Of a stretch of DNA of 64,000 bases, positions 1 through 13,430 are shown in pieces. The stretch's first letter is position 1; every line of letters starts with the position of its first letter. The notes below the pieces were generated by a model that was not told the DNA's origin, searched no databases, and saw nothing but the letters and a program-made list of their open reading frames with translations. The DNA lies in NCBI GenBank assembly GCA_047967505.1, contig CM106538.1; one strand, 5' to 3'. This DNA comes from Dipteris shenzhenensis. Its lineage: Eukaryota. The position numbers and the translations under genes were made by a program.

Positions 1-270
1 ACATGCATTTTGGCAGGGGATATTACAAATCATTGGACTCCTTTTTCTTTTGTACGGCAAGGTTGTACCCTTGGTGAGTTATTTTATGCCATCGCCACTC
101 ATCCCATCCTATAATATACGGATCATTTCATAGATACAGGTGCTTTGCATGGTCTAGAGATACATGGCAGCAAACCTTTGATTGCACATGCATATGAGGA
201 TGGTTCTTTTTTCTTACCACCGAACACTGAAAGAGATCTTTCTTACCTCATGCGTGCCTTACCTTTACGG
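1..270 (+). mobile_element. Degraded LINE reverse-transcriptase fragment (probably resumes at ~870-1050)
   Basis: Translates to VRQGCTLGELFYAI (RQGCPLSP-like) and AHAYEDGSFFL (YADD-like), with frameshifts. Confidence 0.55.
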
Positions 271-315
271 TAGGTAACCTAGAGAGAAGTTTTCTCTTTT
301 GGAGCCCTTATGAAG

Positions 316-869
316 CCACATTAGGAAAGAAGGGAACTCATTTTGGGGCCCTCTAAGAAATTCACTATTTACCTATTTTTGTTGCACTCAAAATATGGGA
401 AATGCCATAAAATGTTAATCTAGTACGCAGGCATCACATTAAATGCATATATAAGATCCTTGATTTTCTGCGCAAAATTTGGTGATTCTGACATTGCCAA
501 CACGTCCAATGCCAACTGGCCAAATCGTGTTTTTGTGCAAATTCCCCAATCCTGACATTTTTGCCCTATTTTGGGCCTCCGGGCATTGATTTTTTGTGTC
601 TCTAAGGTCGATTTGGGGGTTTTGGCCCACTCTAGGCACGCTGGCGATGTCAAAATCATAAAATTATGTGCATAAAATCATCTTTTGAAGATCAAGTATG
701 TCTCACATTATAAAATAAAAAGATTTTGAATATGACTTATTTCATATTTTTACATGGTTTTTTGTATTTTTCCAACATTACGTTGGCCCTCTTTTGATTA
801 GTCAAGAGCCTATTTTTTCTAAACCCTAAAAGGCCCCAAAATGAGCTTCCTTTTTTCCTAAGGCTTGGC
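316..869. mobile_element. MITE-like non-autonomous element with ~35 bp imperfect terminal inverted repeats
   Basis: ttaggaaagaagggaactcattttggggcc (321-350) is the near reverse complement of ggccccaaaatgagcttccttttttcctaa (832-861). A second internal inverted repeat pairs ~462-505 with ~636-680. No recognisable ORF. Confidence 0.55.
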
Positions 870-3206
870 ACAATTATAGGCATTGATCATCATGAAGATC
901 TTATGGCATGAATCCTATGGATTGATTTAAGCTAATTAAACTACATGTTCCAAATTTGTGGTCCTAGCTTTTGGATTTTGATATTCCCATGCTTTTTGGG
1001 TGGAATAGTGTGTTTTCCTACATGACATACCTTATGATGTAGATCAACATTTACAAGATGCAGATGAAACCGTTTGAGAATGGAAACTATAGCATCATGA
1101 TGGACGATGGCTGCACCATTGTCTCCAGATCATGAACTTGGTTGATTGTATTAGGGAAAGAAGGATTGAGAAGGAGGTAATCCAGAGGACCTTCTTGTGA
1201 TCGTTTTGCTTCTTTCTTTCTTGACAGATTGCGACAATTCTGAAGAGTACCTGGTTTGATATTTCAACCCAGAATTTTGTAGAAATCGCACAAGGAAGTA
1301 AGAATTTTGGAGAGCTAGTTCCATCCATTTTACCAAATATCCTTTTGCACCAACTGAGAGATCAGACGTCCTCATCAACTTCTTTGGTCCCCATCCTAGA
1401 CTTGGGGTTCTTCTGAAAAATTCACCACCTGCTCCATTTCCATTTAGTCACTCTATATTTGATGACAACAATCAAAACAAAAGTGGTGAGGAAAGCAATG
1501 ATATTATGCACAACAAAGCTAGAATGTGCAATACGAATATGATTATTGACATTCAGGTAATATGTCAATCTCTTATCCATCCACGAGACTTAATTGCAAT
1601 GCTAATATTCTAAATAATCTAAATCTTGATGCCTAAGGAAGGGCCCATTCCCTCAGATTATAATTCTTTGGGTAAGGAAGTGCATCCCCTCCACATCCAC
1701 ACATTGTGTGGTTATAATAATAATATCATATATAATTATTATAAAATTAGTTTTAACTTCTTTCCTTGTCCTATATATTTTAACCACAATCTAAATTCTT
1801 ACAACATTTCTCTCTTTTGATGCATGTTTTCGATGCGAGGAAAATTTGATATCAACAGCAAAGATAGCCAAGATGGATGCAAGATCGAAGGATGACAATT
1901 CATGTGGTTGTAATTCATGTCACAATAGTATAAAGGTTGCCATTAAGGATGAATCATGATCTCTTGTGAGCTTAGACTCATTCATGTATTTCTTGGACAT
2001 CAAAACTCAATAATAAAGCACCATCCATGACATTTGCAAGGAGGATTGGGTCCTAGTGGATCTTGTGTCATGTCTCATATCCATCTTTTTACTTATTCTT
2101 TTGTTTTTTCCTTTGAAAAATTTTTATTAAATGGTAGGATTCAAGTTAGAAATTATGTGCTCCATGGCAAAAATAGTTCTCTCAAAAAGTATAGAGTGAG
2201 TAATGAATGAATGAATGACTACATGCCAAGGATTGTGAAATATAGGGAGTAATTCAATGAATGAAGAAATGCCAAGAACAAACAATGGATGTGATCTTGG
2301 CCATCATGGCCCTCTCCTCGTCTGATTTGTGACAAGTTTAATTTTCATGCTCCCTTAAGCATTATAAGAATCTCACCACTCCTATTTCCTTTGGTCCAAA
2401 GGCAACCTACCATGTCGATGATGTGCTTGATGCAGATGGCATGGGGACATCATTATAGGCCTGTATGGTATTTCCTATCACAGATGCTTTATGATTTTCA
2501 GACGGTACCTCATCTTGAGATTTGTGACCGTCTCCAAGACTGGGTTCTTCAATTGGATTATCAGTTTGTCATGTGCTACTCTGTAGCTAGTATCATAGTT
2601 GCATCTTTGTATGCAAGCTTGCTACCTCCCCCTTGGGTTTCTCTTTGTGCCAATAGCATCTCGTCTATGACACGCTCCTCTCAGTGGTGGTGGGACCAAA
2701 GGTTGTAGTATATTTGGGCTTCTAAACTTTTGCTTTGGTGAAGACTCTTCTTGTGGCAAGTTTTACTTGGAGTTTTTCCATTTGGATTGATTTTGGCTCA
2801 TTGTCCTGTGCCCCTGCCACGTGTCGACAATGTCTATCCTCATGGCAGTCTATGTCACATCTCTTTCAAAATCTTATGATTTCTTACTCATGCTATGGCA
2901 AACGCTTCATGCTTATTTAGTAGTTCTTGCTTTGACAAAGTGATTCTGGCTATTTGGTTTCATCTAGTAAGGTAGGGATATGATCTACTTTTTTATTGGG
3001 TTTGCTATTAGGCACTATGGACTCTATTGAAAGAGAGTAACCATCGAGTCTTTGGTGATACCTCTCGGGCTAAATATCTAATCTTCTGGGCATCCTTAAG
3101 GCAATCGTTATATATTTGTCTACATACGCAGGATCTAGATTATCCTGCCTTATTGTCATACTTCTTATACTTGTAACTATTTGTCTCTTTTCTTCGAACT
3201 TTTCTA

Positions 3207-5000
3207 TGAAATATAACAACAAATGGATTTCACTAGAAAAAAAGTGTGCGCGTGTGTGTGTGAGTGTGTGTGGAGAAAATATAAAGATGAAGAGGAGAAG
3301 AGTGGAGATGAGGAACGAGAGCACAACTAGAGCACACACCACAAATGACAATATATTAGTTGAGGTTTAGGATTTCTATATCTTGTGCACTTTTAGCATT
3401 CTTTGTGTTAGTCCTATTTACAATATCAATGCAGGATGTTGAAACGAATCCTCAACATCTCTCTCAAGATTAACATCATAAGTAGGCCTTCTCTCAAAAT
3501 TATGATTAGGAGGAATACATAAGCCATTGAACATGACATTTTCATCACATCCCCATAATGGGAATGTCCCTCCTTTGAGTCAAACCAAGACCTTGTTGGT
3601 GTTTCTTGAAAAGATCTTTCCCAATTGGTTCGGTAAAGATGTCTGCAATATCTCTTTGCTATCAGAATATTACAATGTGATTTCACCATTTAACACTCTA
3701 AGCTTTGACATCAATGTGCTTTGTCTTCGAGTGATATACTGGAGTTTTGGCTAATGCTTGAGCCGATCGATTGTTACATTATATTGCTATTGGCTTTGCG
3801 TCATCAAAGTAATCTAACTTTAGCAATAGCCTTTTGAGCCACATAACTCAAAGCTGTCTTGGTTGCATTTCAGTGAGACTTTTTTGTATTTGCCCATGAA
3901 CTATGCTGGTGAACTTACCACATAAAAATGTTTGGCCTTGTGATAGCGAGATATATAAGACTTTGATGAGTTGCTAATAATACATTTCATTAACTTTAAG
4001 TTTTTTTGTATCATTGTTGGTAAGTTCCAAATTCCTCTCCATGAGAGTGGTTGCAATCTTACAATCTCTCGTATGAAACATCTCTAGGAGACTATCCATA
4101 TATTTCTATTGGCTCATGAAAGTATTGTCTGAGTCTCTCCCAAACTCAATACCAAGACAATAATTCATGTATACAAGATCTTTCATAAGCAGCAAAATAA
4201 TTGTCAATTCTATTGTATGAAGTTCTTGGAGCTTGCTTTAAGCATAGAGACTGCTGTCCTTGAGATGGCAAACTTGATTCCCTTTTCTTTTCTTAACATA
4301 CCTTGATGATTGTTGCATGTTGAATTACTCATTTAAGTAGCCATTAAGAAAAGTATTTTTAATATCTCATTCCACTAGCTAAGTGTGGTTGTAGATATCA
4401 AAAATATTATGGAGTCCATCTTTGCTGGTGGTGCATATGTCTCATTATAATCGTGCCCATACTGATGTGCAAAACCTTTTGCAATCTTGCAATGGATTCT
4501 ACTTGTCTTTGTAAACACGCTTGTTTACAATTGTCTTCTTTCTTGGTGGTAAGTCACATAAATTCCTAGTTTGTTTTGGTACAATGCATCCATTTCTTCA
4601 TTCATAGAAGTTTTTCATTCTAGCTTGTCAAGTGCATCCTCAAAGTACACTGGCTCTTTGATAGCCCCATGATGACCTGATGGTCATCATAAGAGCGTAA
4701 TTGGTGCTATCAGCTTGAATAGCTTTGCCTTTCTAAGCATATGTCAAATTGGGTGATGTTCTTCATTAAGTTGTACACCATCTAAGTTGTTGCTCTTTGG
4801 GGAATCTTTGGCAATGCTTGCTCTTCTTCATCAACCTTCTTTGTATGTTCTTGAGTGGTCATTGTGATTATCTTGTGCATTTGAGGACCTCCATTCCTTC
4901 TTCATCAAATGCTCCATCTTTGGAGATTATTATCTTTTGGTTGATGGGATCATACAAATTGTATTCTTTCCTCTCATCACTATAGCCAACCAAATCATAA
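3207..5000 (-). mobile_element. Degraded Ty1/copia RT-RNaseH 3' part with probable 3' LTR (~3207-3549)
   Basis: Minus-strand motifs LCDLPPRKKTIVNKRVYKDK, KNTFLNG, AKTPVYHSKTKHIDV and DIADIFTEPIG, with many stops. A TG..CA-bounded segment follows a purine tract. Confidence 0.75.
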
Positions 5001-5388
5001 AGTGATAACAATTAATCTCTATCTTGTACTTTAGCTCTATCTATAAAATTCATCATTAGTGAATAATATTTTGTATTCTATTGATGTAATGAAACTTATT
5101 ATTGTAATTTTGCCAATATCTAACTCTTTTTTTGATGTTTTGGTTATGATAGCTATGGCATTGGGAATGTCGATGTTGACATCTAAGGTAATGATTTCAA
5201 AACATCAAATTTTGACTCATGTTTTGTTGACGTAGGTATCGCTTGCTCTCCCTCAACTTAAAACTCCTAGCATGGCATACAAACTTGATTCATTGTACTA
5301 CATAAATGATTGTATATTAAACAATTATTTTGATCAATTGATTTAATTTTAAAGAGATTTTGTTGTGTGTCCTTAGGTCATAATCTTA

Positions 5389-5421
<33 letters not shown>

Positions 5422-5889
5422 GCTACAATCCAACCTCTCAAGATATTACTAATGCCTTACTCATAGCACTCACCACAAATATTTGATCCATAGCTCTCTT
5501 AGATTCTTGTTACTCAAATGTGGTCACCCTTACCCCACCATACTAGGTGTAGGACTACAATCTTGCCAAAAGAAATCAATCTAACTTTTTAAGAAAAAAA
5601 AAGTTGGAAAAAATCATTCCATGTTCATAATCACATTCATTGTCTTGCAATTGTCGTAAACCCTTACCCTAACATGCAAGATATTATAGAAGTCGACCCC
5701 TTCCGTAAGAATAGTGGAAACTCACTCTCTCACAGTCTTCCACTCTTAGATTCTTGCAACTCAATTGTGGTCCACCTTACCCACCACACTAGGTGTAGGA
5801 GCTATGGACTACAATCATGCTGAATGAAGAGTGCTTGTGACTCTCACAAGCATTGTGTATGTAAAAATTAAGTGAGAGATAAGAAATAT

Positions 5890-6105
5890 TACCATCAGTA
5901 CTAGTGATAGTACCACTAGTAATATGCCTACTACCATCGATAATAGGCCTTGTACTACCGAGAGAATACAGGCCTAATACCATTGGTGATAGGCCTATTA
6001 GAGCTAGTTATAGGCCTACTACCATCAGTAATAAGTCTACTACCACCAATAAAATGCTTTTTGCCAATTATAATAGGCCTATTAGTAGGTCCAATACTGG
6101 TGATA
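5890..6105. repeat. Degenerate ~21 bp tandem repeat (taggcctactaccatcagtaa-like)
   Basis: Recurrent aggcct/actacca/taata units. These explain the repetitive ORFs at 5904-6165. Confidence 0.7.
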
Positions 6106-6874
6106 ATTTTATCTAGTTTATTTGTTGTTTTTTGTTATCAATGTGATGATGTTAATCTCAAGTAATTGTGTCTAAAGATGACATTCGTGAATGACACGTT
6201 AATGCAAATGTGAAAATATTGGATATAATCCCTGACTGTTATAAAACAACAACAAGAGATGCAATAACACATAATATCATGAGAATGTATACCTAAAATC
6301 TACACAAATCTTAAGAATCACATAGTACTTTTGCCCCATCACCATTTAGAAAAAATAAAATCCTCATAAGTATGATATGCAAACCCATAACAAGGTTGCA
6401 TTTTCTCACTTTTTCTAATTTGGATAGAGTCAAAATCATGGGATTGTCTCAAAATCCCTAAAATTGTTATAGATATATAGACAAATGGATAGTTTTAGAA
6501 TTTTGAGACAATTGAAAATCTCACTTGTTTTTGTGAAATGATTTTGTGATTGCACAAAAAATATGTGCTTCTTGTTGAGTAATATCACATTTCATGTGAT
6601 CTAGTACCATTTCCTTGACTTAAAATGTGTATTACAATTCAATTTGACATTCAAAAGTTGATTACTTGTGTCTTTCCCATTCCAAAAATACTTCATACTA
6701 ATATTTCTTACACACACAAATTATGCCCTCATGCTCAAAAGAAACATTAATATTAACAATAACACCAGAATTACATATGAATTCGCTCCATCTTCCTCTG
6801 CCATATGTTTTGGTTCTTATTTTTCTTATTGATGTAGTTGTACATACTTGGTTTTATTTATGGAAGTAATTGAA

Positions 6875-7100
6875 ATTACATGGAATGTCATTGGATAAAA
6901 AATCTTGGTAATGTTGGTTCTAAATGAAATGATTGTGTTATAATGGAAGCATAGAGGACAATTTCAAGAATCATTTTTCATATTGATAATGTATTTTTTG
7001 ACAAGCTTGGTAATGTTGTTTCTAAATGAAATGATTGTGTTATACTGGAAACATAGGATAGAGGGTCATTTTATTTTATTTTTTTGATAATATTGTATTT
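6875..7100. repeat. ~104 bp tandem duplication
   Basis: cttggtaatgttg-ttctaaatgaaatgattgtgttata occurs at ~6904 and ~7006. Confidence 0.7.
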
Positions 7101-8924
7101 TTGTGTGATTTGTAGAGCTAAGAGAAGACTCAAGCTAATAAATGTAATGGAGCTAGAACAAATACATATGGAGTCAATCAATTCCATTACTTGTGTGAGA
7201 GTCATTTGAGTTTAACAGAATGGAAAAAGTACAATCAATTGCCTAATTATTTTAAAATTAAATTATAAAAATGCATTCTTTGTTGCATTATGATAAGGAA
7301 GCAATTCATTTACATTTTTTGGACCACTCATTAATAAGGAAATACAAAGACCATCATTTTTGCATTTCTACACTCAAAATCCACATTATTTTTATTTCTT
7401 TGTCTGAATTATGTAATATTACATTGGGAAAATCTATTTATAACCTTTAAATCTGATTACTCAGAGGCATGATGATGTCTTTACTAGTCTTGGAAAGGAC
7501 GAAAATAGCCCGTTACACTCTTTGCTACAATACGAAGATGTGGATAATTATTGTAAAAATATCATTTGATTGAAGTGTACTTTTTTTAGAAAAATCAAGT
7601 GAAAAGGTTAAATTTTTGATGAATTTCAATCAAACCAAGACTAAGATCGAGAAAATTCAAGTCAGGACAGTGGTTTCAATATGGCTAATAGTTTGAATAC
7701 TAGGATCTAAAGAGATTCAAGTCAGGTTCATAGTTTGAATACTACAAGCCCAAACAAACTGAGCTTTGCATTATCTAACTACCATCCTATAATATTCAAG
7801 TTGGAAATCACTATAGTTAATGTTGTTCTGTTTAAGCACTAATGATAAGAAACAACCATTGACTCTTAGTGTGAGGACAAAGATCTTGCAATAAGGATAT
7901 GCCTTCTGTGCTATCATGAGATGTCCAAATGTCTTGATTTTGTTCAATTACTATAAGATGCAACAGAAAAAGGAAGTGTTGCTATTGACTTGAATGATTA
8001 TGCATTGACACTCTCCCCAATTCATACTTAAACATTCTCTTCTTCTACACTTCGTCCATGAGACTTTGTGCTTCACTACCATGGTAAATCCCCAAATAAA
8101 TTTTTCATTCAAATATTTTCCTCTTGAATTTTTTCCACACATGGTTGAGGAGTCAATGGGTGATTGAAGAACATAAATCGAGATGTCCTAATACAATATG
8201 ATGTAAATGAATCTTTGATATTGGAGCTCACAAGACTTTTCCTCGTGAGTGGGAAGGAAGTGCATTGTTGTGGTGCCTTCCATCTAATGATCGACACTTT
8301 TTTTTGCATGCATGTTCAAGATCTAGAATAATTGAGTTTCTTTGGTTATCTTTGTTGATGGCAACCATTCGACGTCACAGATGCTAGCAAAATGGTGCAG
8401 GTGGTAAGCTAAGTTGCATTAATTTGAGCATTTTTTTTATTCGAAAAAAATGCCCAAATATGCACTTTTTGCGATTTAAAATGTTTCAAACGTTTTTTGA
8501 TATTTTATTCGTACGAATAGGCTATTCGTACAAATAAACAGCTATTCGTACGAATAAAGTTATTCGTACGAATAGCTCAGTTTATTCATATGAATATACA
8601 TAGTATAAACTTACAGTCACTGCCATTTTTTGTATTAGTACGAATACATCCACCTGTCTTCCTTGCCACCTCAGCCACTTGCTTGCCAGCCCTGCCACCT
8701 CCTGCTTGCCTACCTGCTACCTCATGCTTGCTTCCATACCTACTAGCCCTCATCATAGGTACCTTACTGCACCCTTGCTTGTGTTGCAGTCTTTCGTTAG
8801 TAATTAATGTTTCTTTTATTTTGTTTTGTTTAGGACTGGCACTCATCTCTCTTAGGAGATTTGTGTGTTGCAATCTTTTTAAATTGTTTAATATTTATTT
8901 TGTATTGTATTTAAGTGTGTAAAT

Positions 8925-9500
8925 GGGCTGGCACTCATTTCTCTTGCGAGAGTTGTGTGTTGCAGTATATTTTTGTCATGTCTTGCAATTTTAACTATAA
9001 TATAAATAATTGTTTTTTACCTGAGGCTGGCACTCCTCTCTCTTAAGAGAGTTGTAGTCTCAGTTTGTATAAAAATGTTTATTTGTAGGAACTCTCTTAA
9101 GAGAGTTGTGTGTTGCCATCCAAGCTTAGTGATGTTTTCATAGATGCTTATTCTAGCACTCATCTCTCCCTTGAGAGTTGTGTGTTACAATCTAAGTTTA
9201 GAGATGTTTTCAAGCACTTAGTCTGGCACTCAACTGTCCCTTGATAGTTGTGTGTTGTAGTCTAAGTTAGATATCATGCGACATGCTCTTAGACACTTAA
9301 TCTAGCACTCGATTGTCCCTTGATAGTTGTGTGTTATAGTCTAAATTAGATAGCATGTGATGTGCTCTTAGAAACTTATTCTAGCACTCAATTGTCCCTT
9401 GATAGTTGTGTGTTGCAGTCTAAGTTCGATATCATGCAATGTGCTCTTAAACACTTAGTCTAGCACTCAACTGTCTCTTGACAGTTGTGTGTTGTAATTG
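8925..9500. repeat. ~78 bp tandem repeat in the hAT left arm
   Basis: Repeated ctagcactcaactgtcccttgatagttgtgtgttgcagtctaag units, clearest at 9150-9500. Confidence 0.85.
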
Positions 9501-9751
9501 AAGCCTAGTGTTAGATGGTGAAGTCCATGATTAGGTTATACCTAGGTCATTTTTTGTGCAGGTTACACGCTTATTTTTTATGTTTTGATTTTCTGTAGTC
9601 TGTTACATGATGTGAGCTTGAGTTGAGAGGTTATATCTAGGTAATTTCTTAGACTGCTTGTGTTGTTAATTGTTATGGCTTAATAAGTTTCTTATTGCAC
9701 CTGGCACTAAATTCTTTTTTGAATTCTATGTTGCAGCTTACTGCATATGAG

Positions 9752-10924
9752 ATGGCTCACGCAAGTGAGAAGAGGAAGTGTCAGCCAGCAACCTGATCTC
9801 ACTAAGTTTCAAAGGAAGGTGCTGAAAAACGAGAATGTACACTTCTTAATGAATGTCGATCAGGACATCATTGAGATAGCTTTCCAAAATGGTGAAAGCG
9901 GTGTATAGAATTTGGTGAGGACAATGGCAGAGCATGGAGGAGAACCTTGCGTGACCGATTTCTAGATGTTTTCATTGTAGATTCTATAGACCAGTATTTG
10001 TACCACTTAGTGATGGAGGGTCGACGATGCCTCGGTCAAATAGATCGAGACATAAACTCATGTGACACAAAGAGGGAGGATCCTGCTATAAATGCTAGGG
10101 TCACGTACATCAAGAATGTATGGTGAGGTTACAAAGGCAAAGGAGCTACCTCGACCTCCCTTCCATCAATGCACCCATGCCCCCAAGCACAGCCGCAACC
10201 ACAAGCACCAATGCACCCATGCCCCCAATCAAATGCCGCATTTCATCCACCGTAACCACAAGCACCAATGCACCCACATCCCCAGTCACATGCTACATTC
10301 CACCCAACATAGCTACAAGCACCACTACAGCCATGCCACATGCATCTTTTGCTTCTCCATTTGTGCCTCCTACCGCACGCACAAACCAATTTCCATCTCC
10401 TGCATACTCGCTTACACCACAAATGCACAATCTATCTGCACAAGCACGTACATTCCCATCTCCTTCATTCTCGCCTGCACAAGCACCACGCACATCACAT
10501 GGCTTGCATGATCGTGTAGCAATTCCAAGACCCATGCGGCCCATACTGCTTTAGCGAACGAGATATCTGATTCATGCCTAGTGTAGCTGTGGGCACAGGC
10601 ATGAAAGGAACAGTCAACATGTGCAATATTCTTGTCGCTCCCTTTGATCTACACAAGATTTATGCATGTAAGGTGCTGAGGGTTTTTGTGCCAACTAATG
10701 CGTTGAAGGCCAAAGCATTGGAAGAAGCCACGTGCTTGGGCGATGCCGTACATCTGGGCATCATCAGAGCAATGGGTCTAGTCCATGACGATAACCCAAT
10801 GATACTATTTCCGTTCTGAAATGGAAATCATTTGGAAAGATGGCTAACCTACCTCGAACATGACGAAAAGCGACCATCTCTAGTGTTTCATAGAGATGAT
10901 GCAAAAATGCCTGTTAGACATTAG
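9752..10924 (+). pseudogene. hAT cargo gene: Cys/His (PHD-like) zinc finger, Pro/Thr-rich linker, protein-kinase N-lobe; disrupted and 3'-truncated
   Basis: CYKC*GHVHQEC is in frame with ORF 10120-10554. After a frameshift: GTGMKGTV (Gly loop), YACKVL (beta3 Lys), ALEEATCL (alphaC Glu), HLGIIRAMG, then PMILFPF*NGNHLERWL (hinge; TGA likely from TGG). Confidence 0.65.
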
Positions 10925-11249
10925 ATTTCACCATTTGACATATGTATATCTACCTCTCTTGTGTCCACTAGATTACACCCTTGAGACTTGAAAATATAAA
11001 CTTCAATTGCGCATATTCGATTATTCTTTTCAACTTTCCAATGTTTCCTTGAAAGTATTTGCAAGTCACAAGGTTGGCTCTAACTTACCTATTATGTATA
11101 CCCAAAATCATCCATAATCTCAATAATTACAACACAACATCACTTGTAGCCCACAAGTTTCTAGCTTTCAAGTACAAAAGGAGACGAGATGGATATGAGT
11201 GTATACGCTCTTCCATCGCTTGACATATTCTCCCATCCATCCCCTCACA

Positions 11250-12865
11250 TACAACATTATATCCGATATAATTAGAGCTTCATCCACCGCTTCTATCACC
11301 TATCATATTCTTCTATCACTCTATATTGCATTCAACACAAGTACAATATCATATATCTCTTTGACTTCACTGTTGTCACTGAGTAGCTCAAGCTCGTCTT
11401 CCTCTTCTCTGAATGCACCCTCAGCAAATAACTAACTCTGTAGTCAATCATTGTCCAACAATTCTCATTATAGTGGCTTTGCTTGCTGCCCTAGCCATCG
11501 CAATATTGAATCCTTTCAATAATCGTAGATTTCAAAAGCAAAATACCAAATCTACATCTCTTGATGGCTTTAAGCAATTGCGTCTCTTAGAATGAATAAA
11601 ATCATATGCACTCCAATTTCACTCATATCACTCAATAAAGCAACAACAGAGAGCACACGAGTTGCAACATGTTGCAACTCCAATGTCTCTCCACCATATT
11701 CCTTCCACCAAGTAGGTGCAATAGCCATCTTAATAGCATCAAGATTCTAAGGATCTCCAAAAGAGCCTTTGTAATTCGTATACCTCACCCGTTGTTAGTG
11801 CGCCAGTTTTCCTTGATCTCCCGAAAGTAAGTTTTTACAAACCTCTCGAAAGTTACTTATGACTTCAGAATTCTGTGATTGAGCATGCATTTGATATTGT
11901 GGATGTACTACAAATGCAGCTCCATGCAAAGGGGTGTGCATTTGCTTCCATCTCTTATTGGCCAAATATACCACTTTTTGCTTCTCCCTAGGTGCAAAGC
12001 ACACAAATTCTTTAACTTGTATTTCTTCTGACATCTTCCAATACACTTTACCCATAACAAAGGCATCAGCGTCAACCATCCTCAATACTATTACAAATGG
12101 CTCTACACCTTTTATTCTTTCGACATTTTTTCAGAATAGAGATTATTATACAAGATGCACACATTTAGAGCCTGGTATTGCATACTGCATCTTTTTCTCA
12201 AGCTAATTCGCCCATCGTCTATCAGCAATAGTCTCGACTAAAGCTAGATGCACTTCCAACAATCTAGTAAGAATTAGAAAAGAAGTGGCAAATCTAGTTT
12301 GACAAAATTGCCTAAGTTGCTTCATAGAGTGCTCTATGAATACTACATGCAAGTATTGATGACTCTTTATAAAACTCACTACGGTGTTAGCATCTTGCAG
12401 TACTAGTTGCACAAATGGCAATTGTCAAATATCCTTTAACAATAAGTTGAGAGTATGAGCACCACATGGCACCCATGTCAAAGTGGGATACTTTGCCATG
12501 ACCATCTCACCCACGGTCTTGTAATTCGATGCATTATCTGTGTTACTAATGCAGTAACATTCTCACTACCACCAACTTTATGAATCACTCTTTCATATAT
12601 TTTTACAATATATGTTGAAGTCAACCGTCTCATCAACCTCAGCGCTCACATCTTGTTGATTTGAACAATTTCTTATTAAGGTCGGATTAACCACTTTCTT
12701 CACTTTCTCTAAATACGATTTACATAACGGAAGAACATCAGACGGAGTGCATGTGCAAGCTCCAACGTTACTGCCTATTCTGAGAAAATGTTGCTTGATG
12801 CAAGTAGAACCGCCTGTGAACTTGTGTCCACAATATTTACACTGCAAGAAAGAACCTGAGGCATG
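11250..12865 (-). pseudogene. hAT transposase pseudogene (BED zinc finger, DUF659-like core, dimerisation domain)
   Basis: QCKYCGHKFTGGSTCIKQHFL; DNASNYKTVGEMVMAKYPTLTWVPCVAHTLNLLLKDI; TRFATSFLILTRL; KRWKQMHTPLHGAAFVVHP; WWKEYGGETLELQHVATRVL; NWSAYDFIHSKRRNCL. The segment carrying the first catalytic Asp appears deleted near 12600. Confidence 0.9.
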
Positions 12866-13430
12866 TACTTTTTGTATGGCAAAAAAACTAATTTGAGTAT
12901 ACAATAGAAACATACTACAATACACATTTTATAAAAAACAACACATATCCTTTGAAAAACACGTTCAAGCATGCAATATATTAATTGTCATTCAATCACA
13001 CTCTATTAAAAGAATATAAAATATTCATTTAAAAGAAATTGTAAGAATAAGTAATAAAAATTAAGACATTTATTCATTTCTATTGAAAGAATATACTAAA
13101 TTGAAAATTATTCATTCACATTCTATTGAAAAAATATTATATATTCATTTAAAAGAAATTGAAAGAATTGAGTAATAAAAAGAGATATGGATTCCTTTTT
13201 TTTTAAAGAATACACTCAAATTGAAAATCATTCATTCACATTCTATTGAAAGAATATTAAATATTCATTTAAAAGAAAGTGTAAGAATGAGACAACTCTT
13301 CTAATAACTTTTAAAACTTTCAATTCGTACACTTCAAAGTCCTTTGTATTGTTTCACATTCTATTGAAAAAATATTAAATATTCATTCAAAGAAAGTGTG
13401 AGAATACAAACACAAAATAAAATCATATTT

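Noticed and set aside
7800-8400. Coding-like debris flanking the hAT (also 14660-15240)
   Set aside because: Too degraded to assign to any family by eye.
10883-10910. VFHRDDAK as the kinase HRD catalytic loop
   Set aside because: It is too close to the hinge (~13 aa), with no following N or DFG. Probably coincidental, so I treat the C-lobe as missing.
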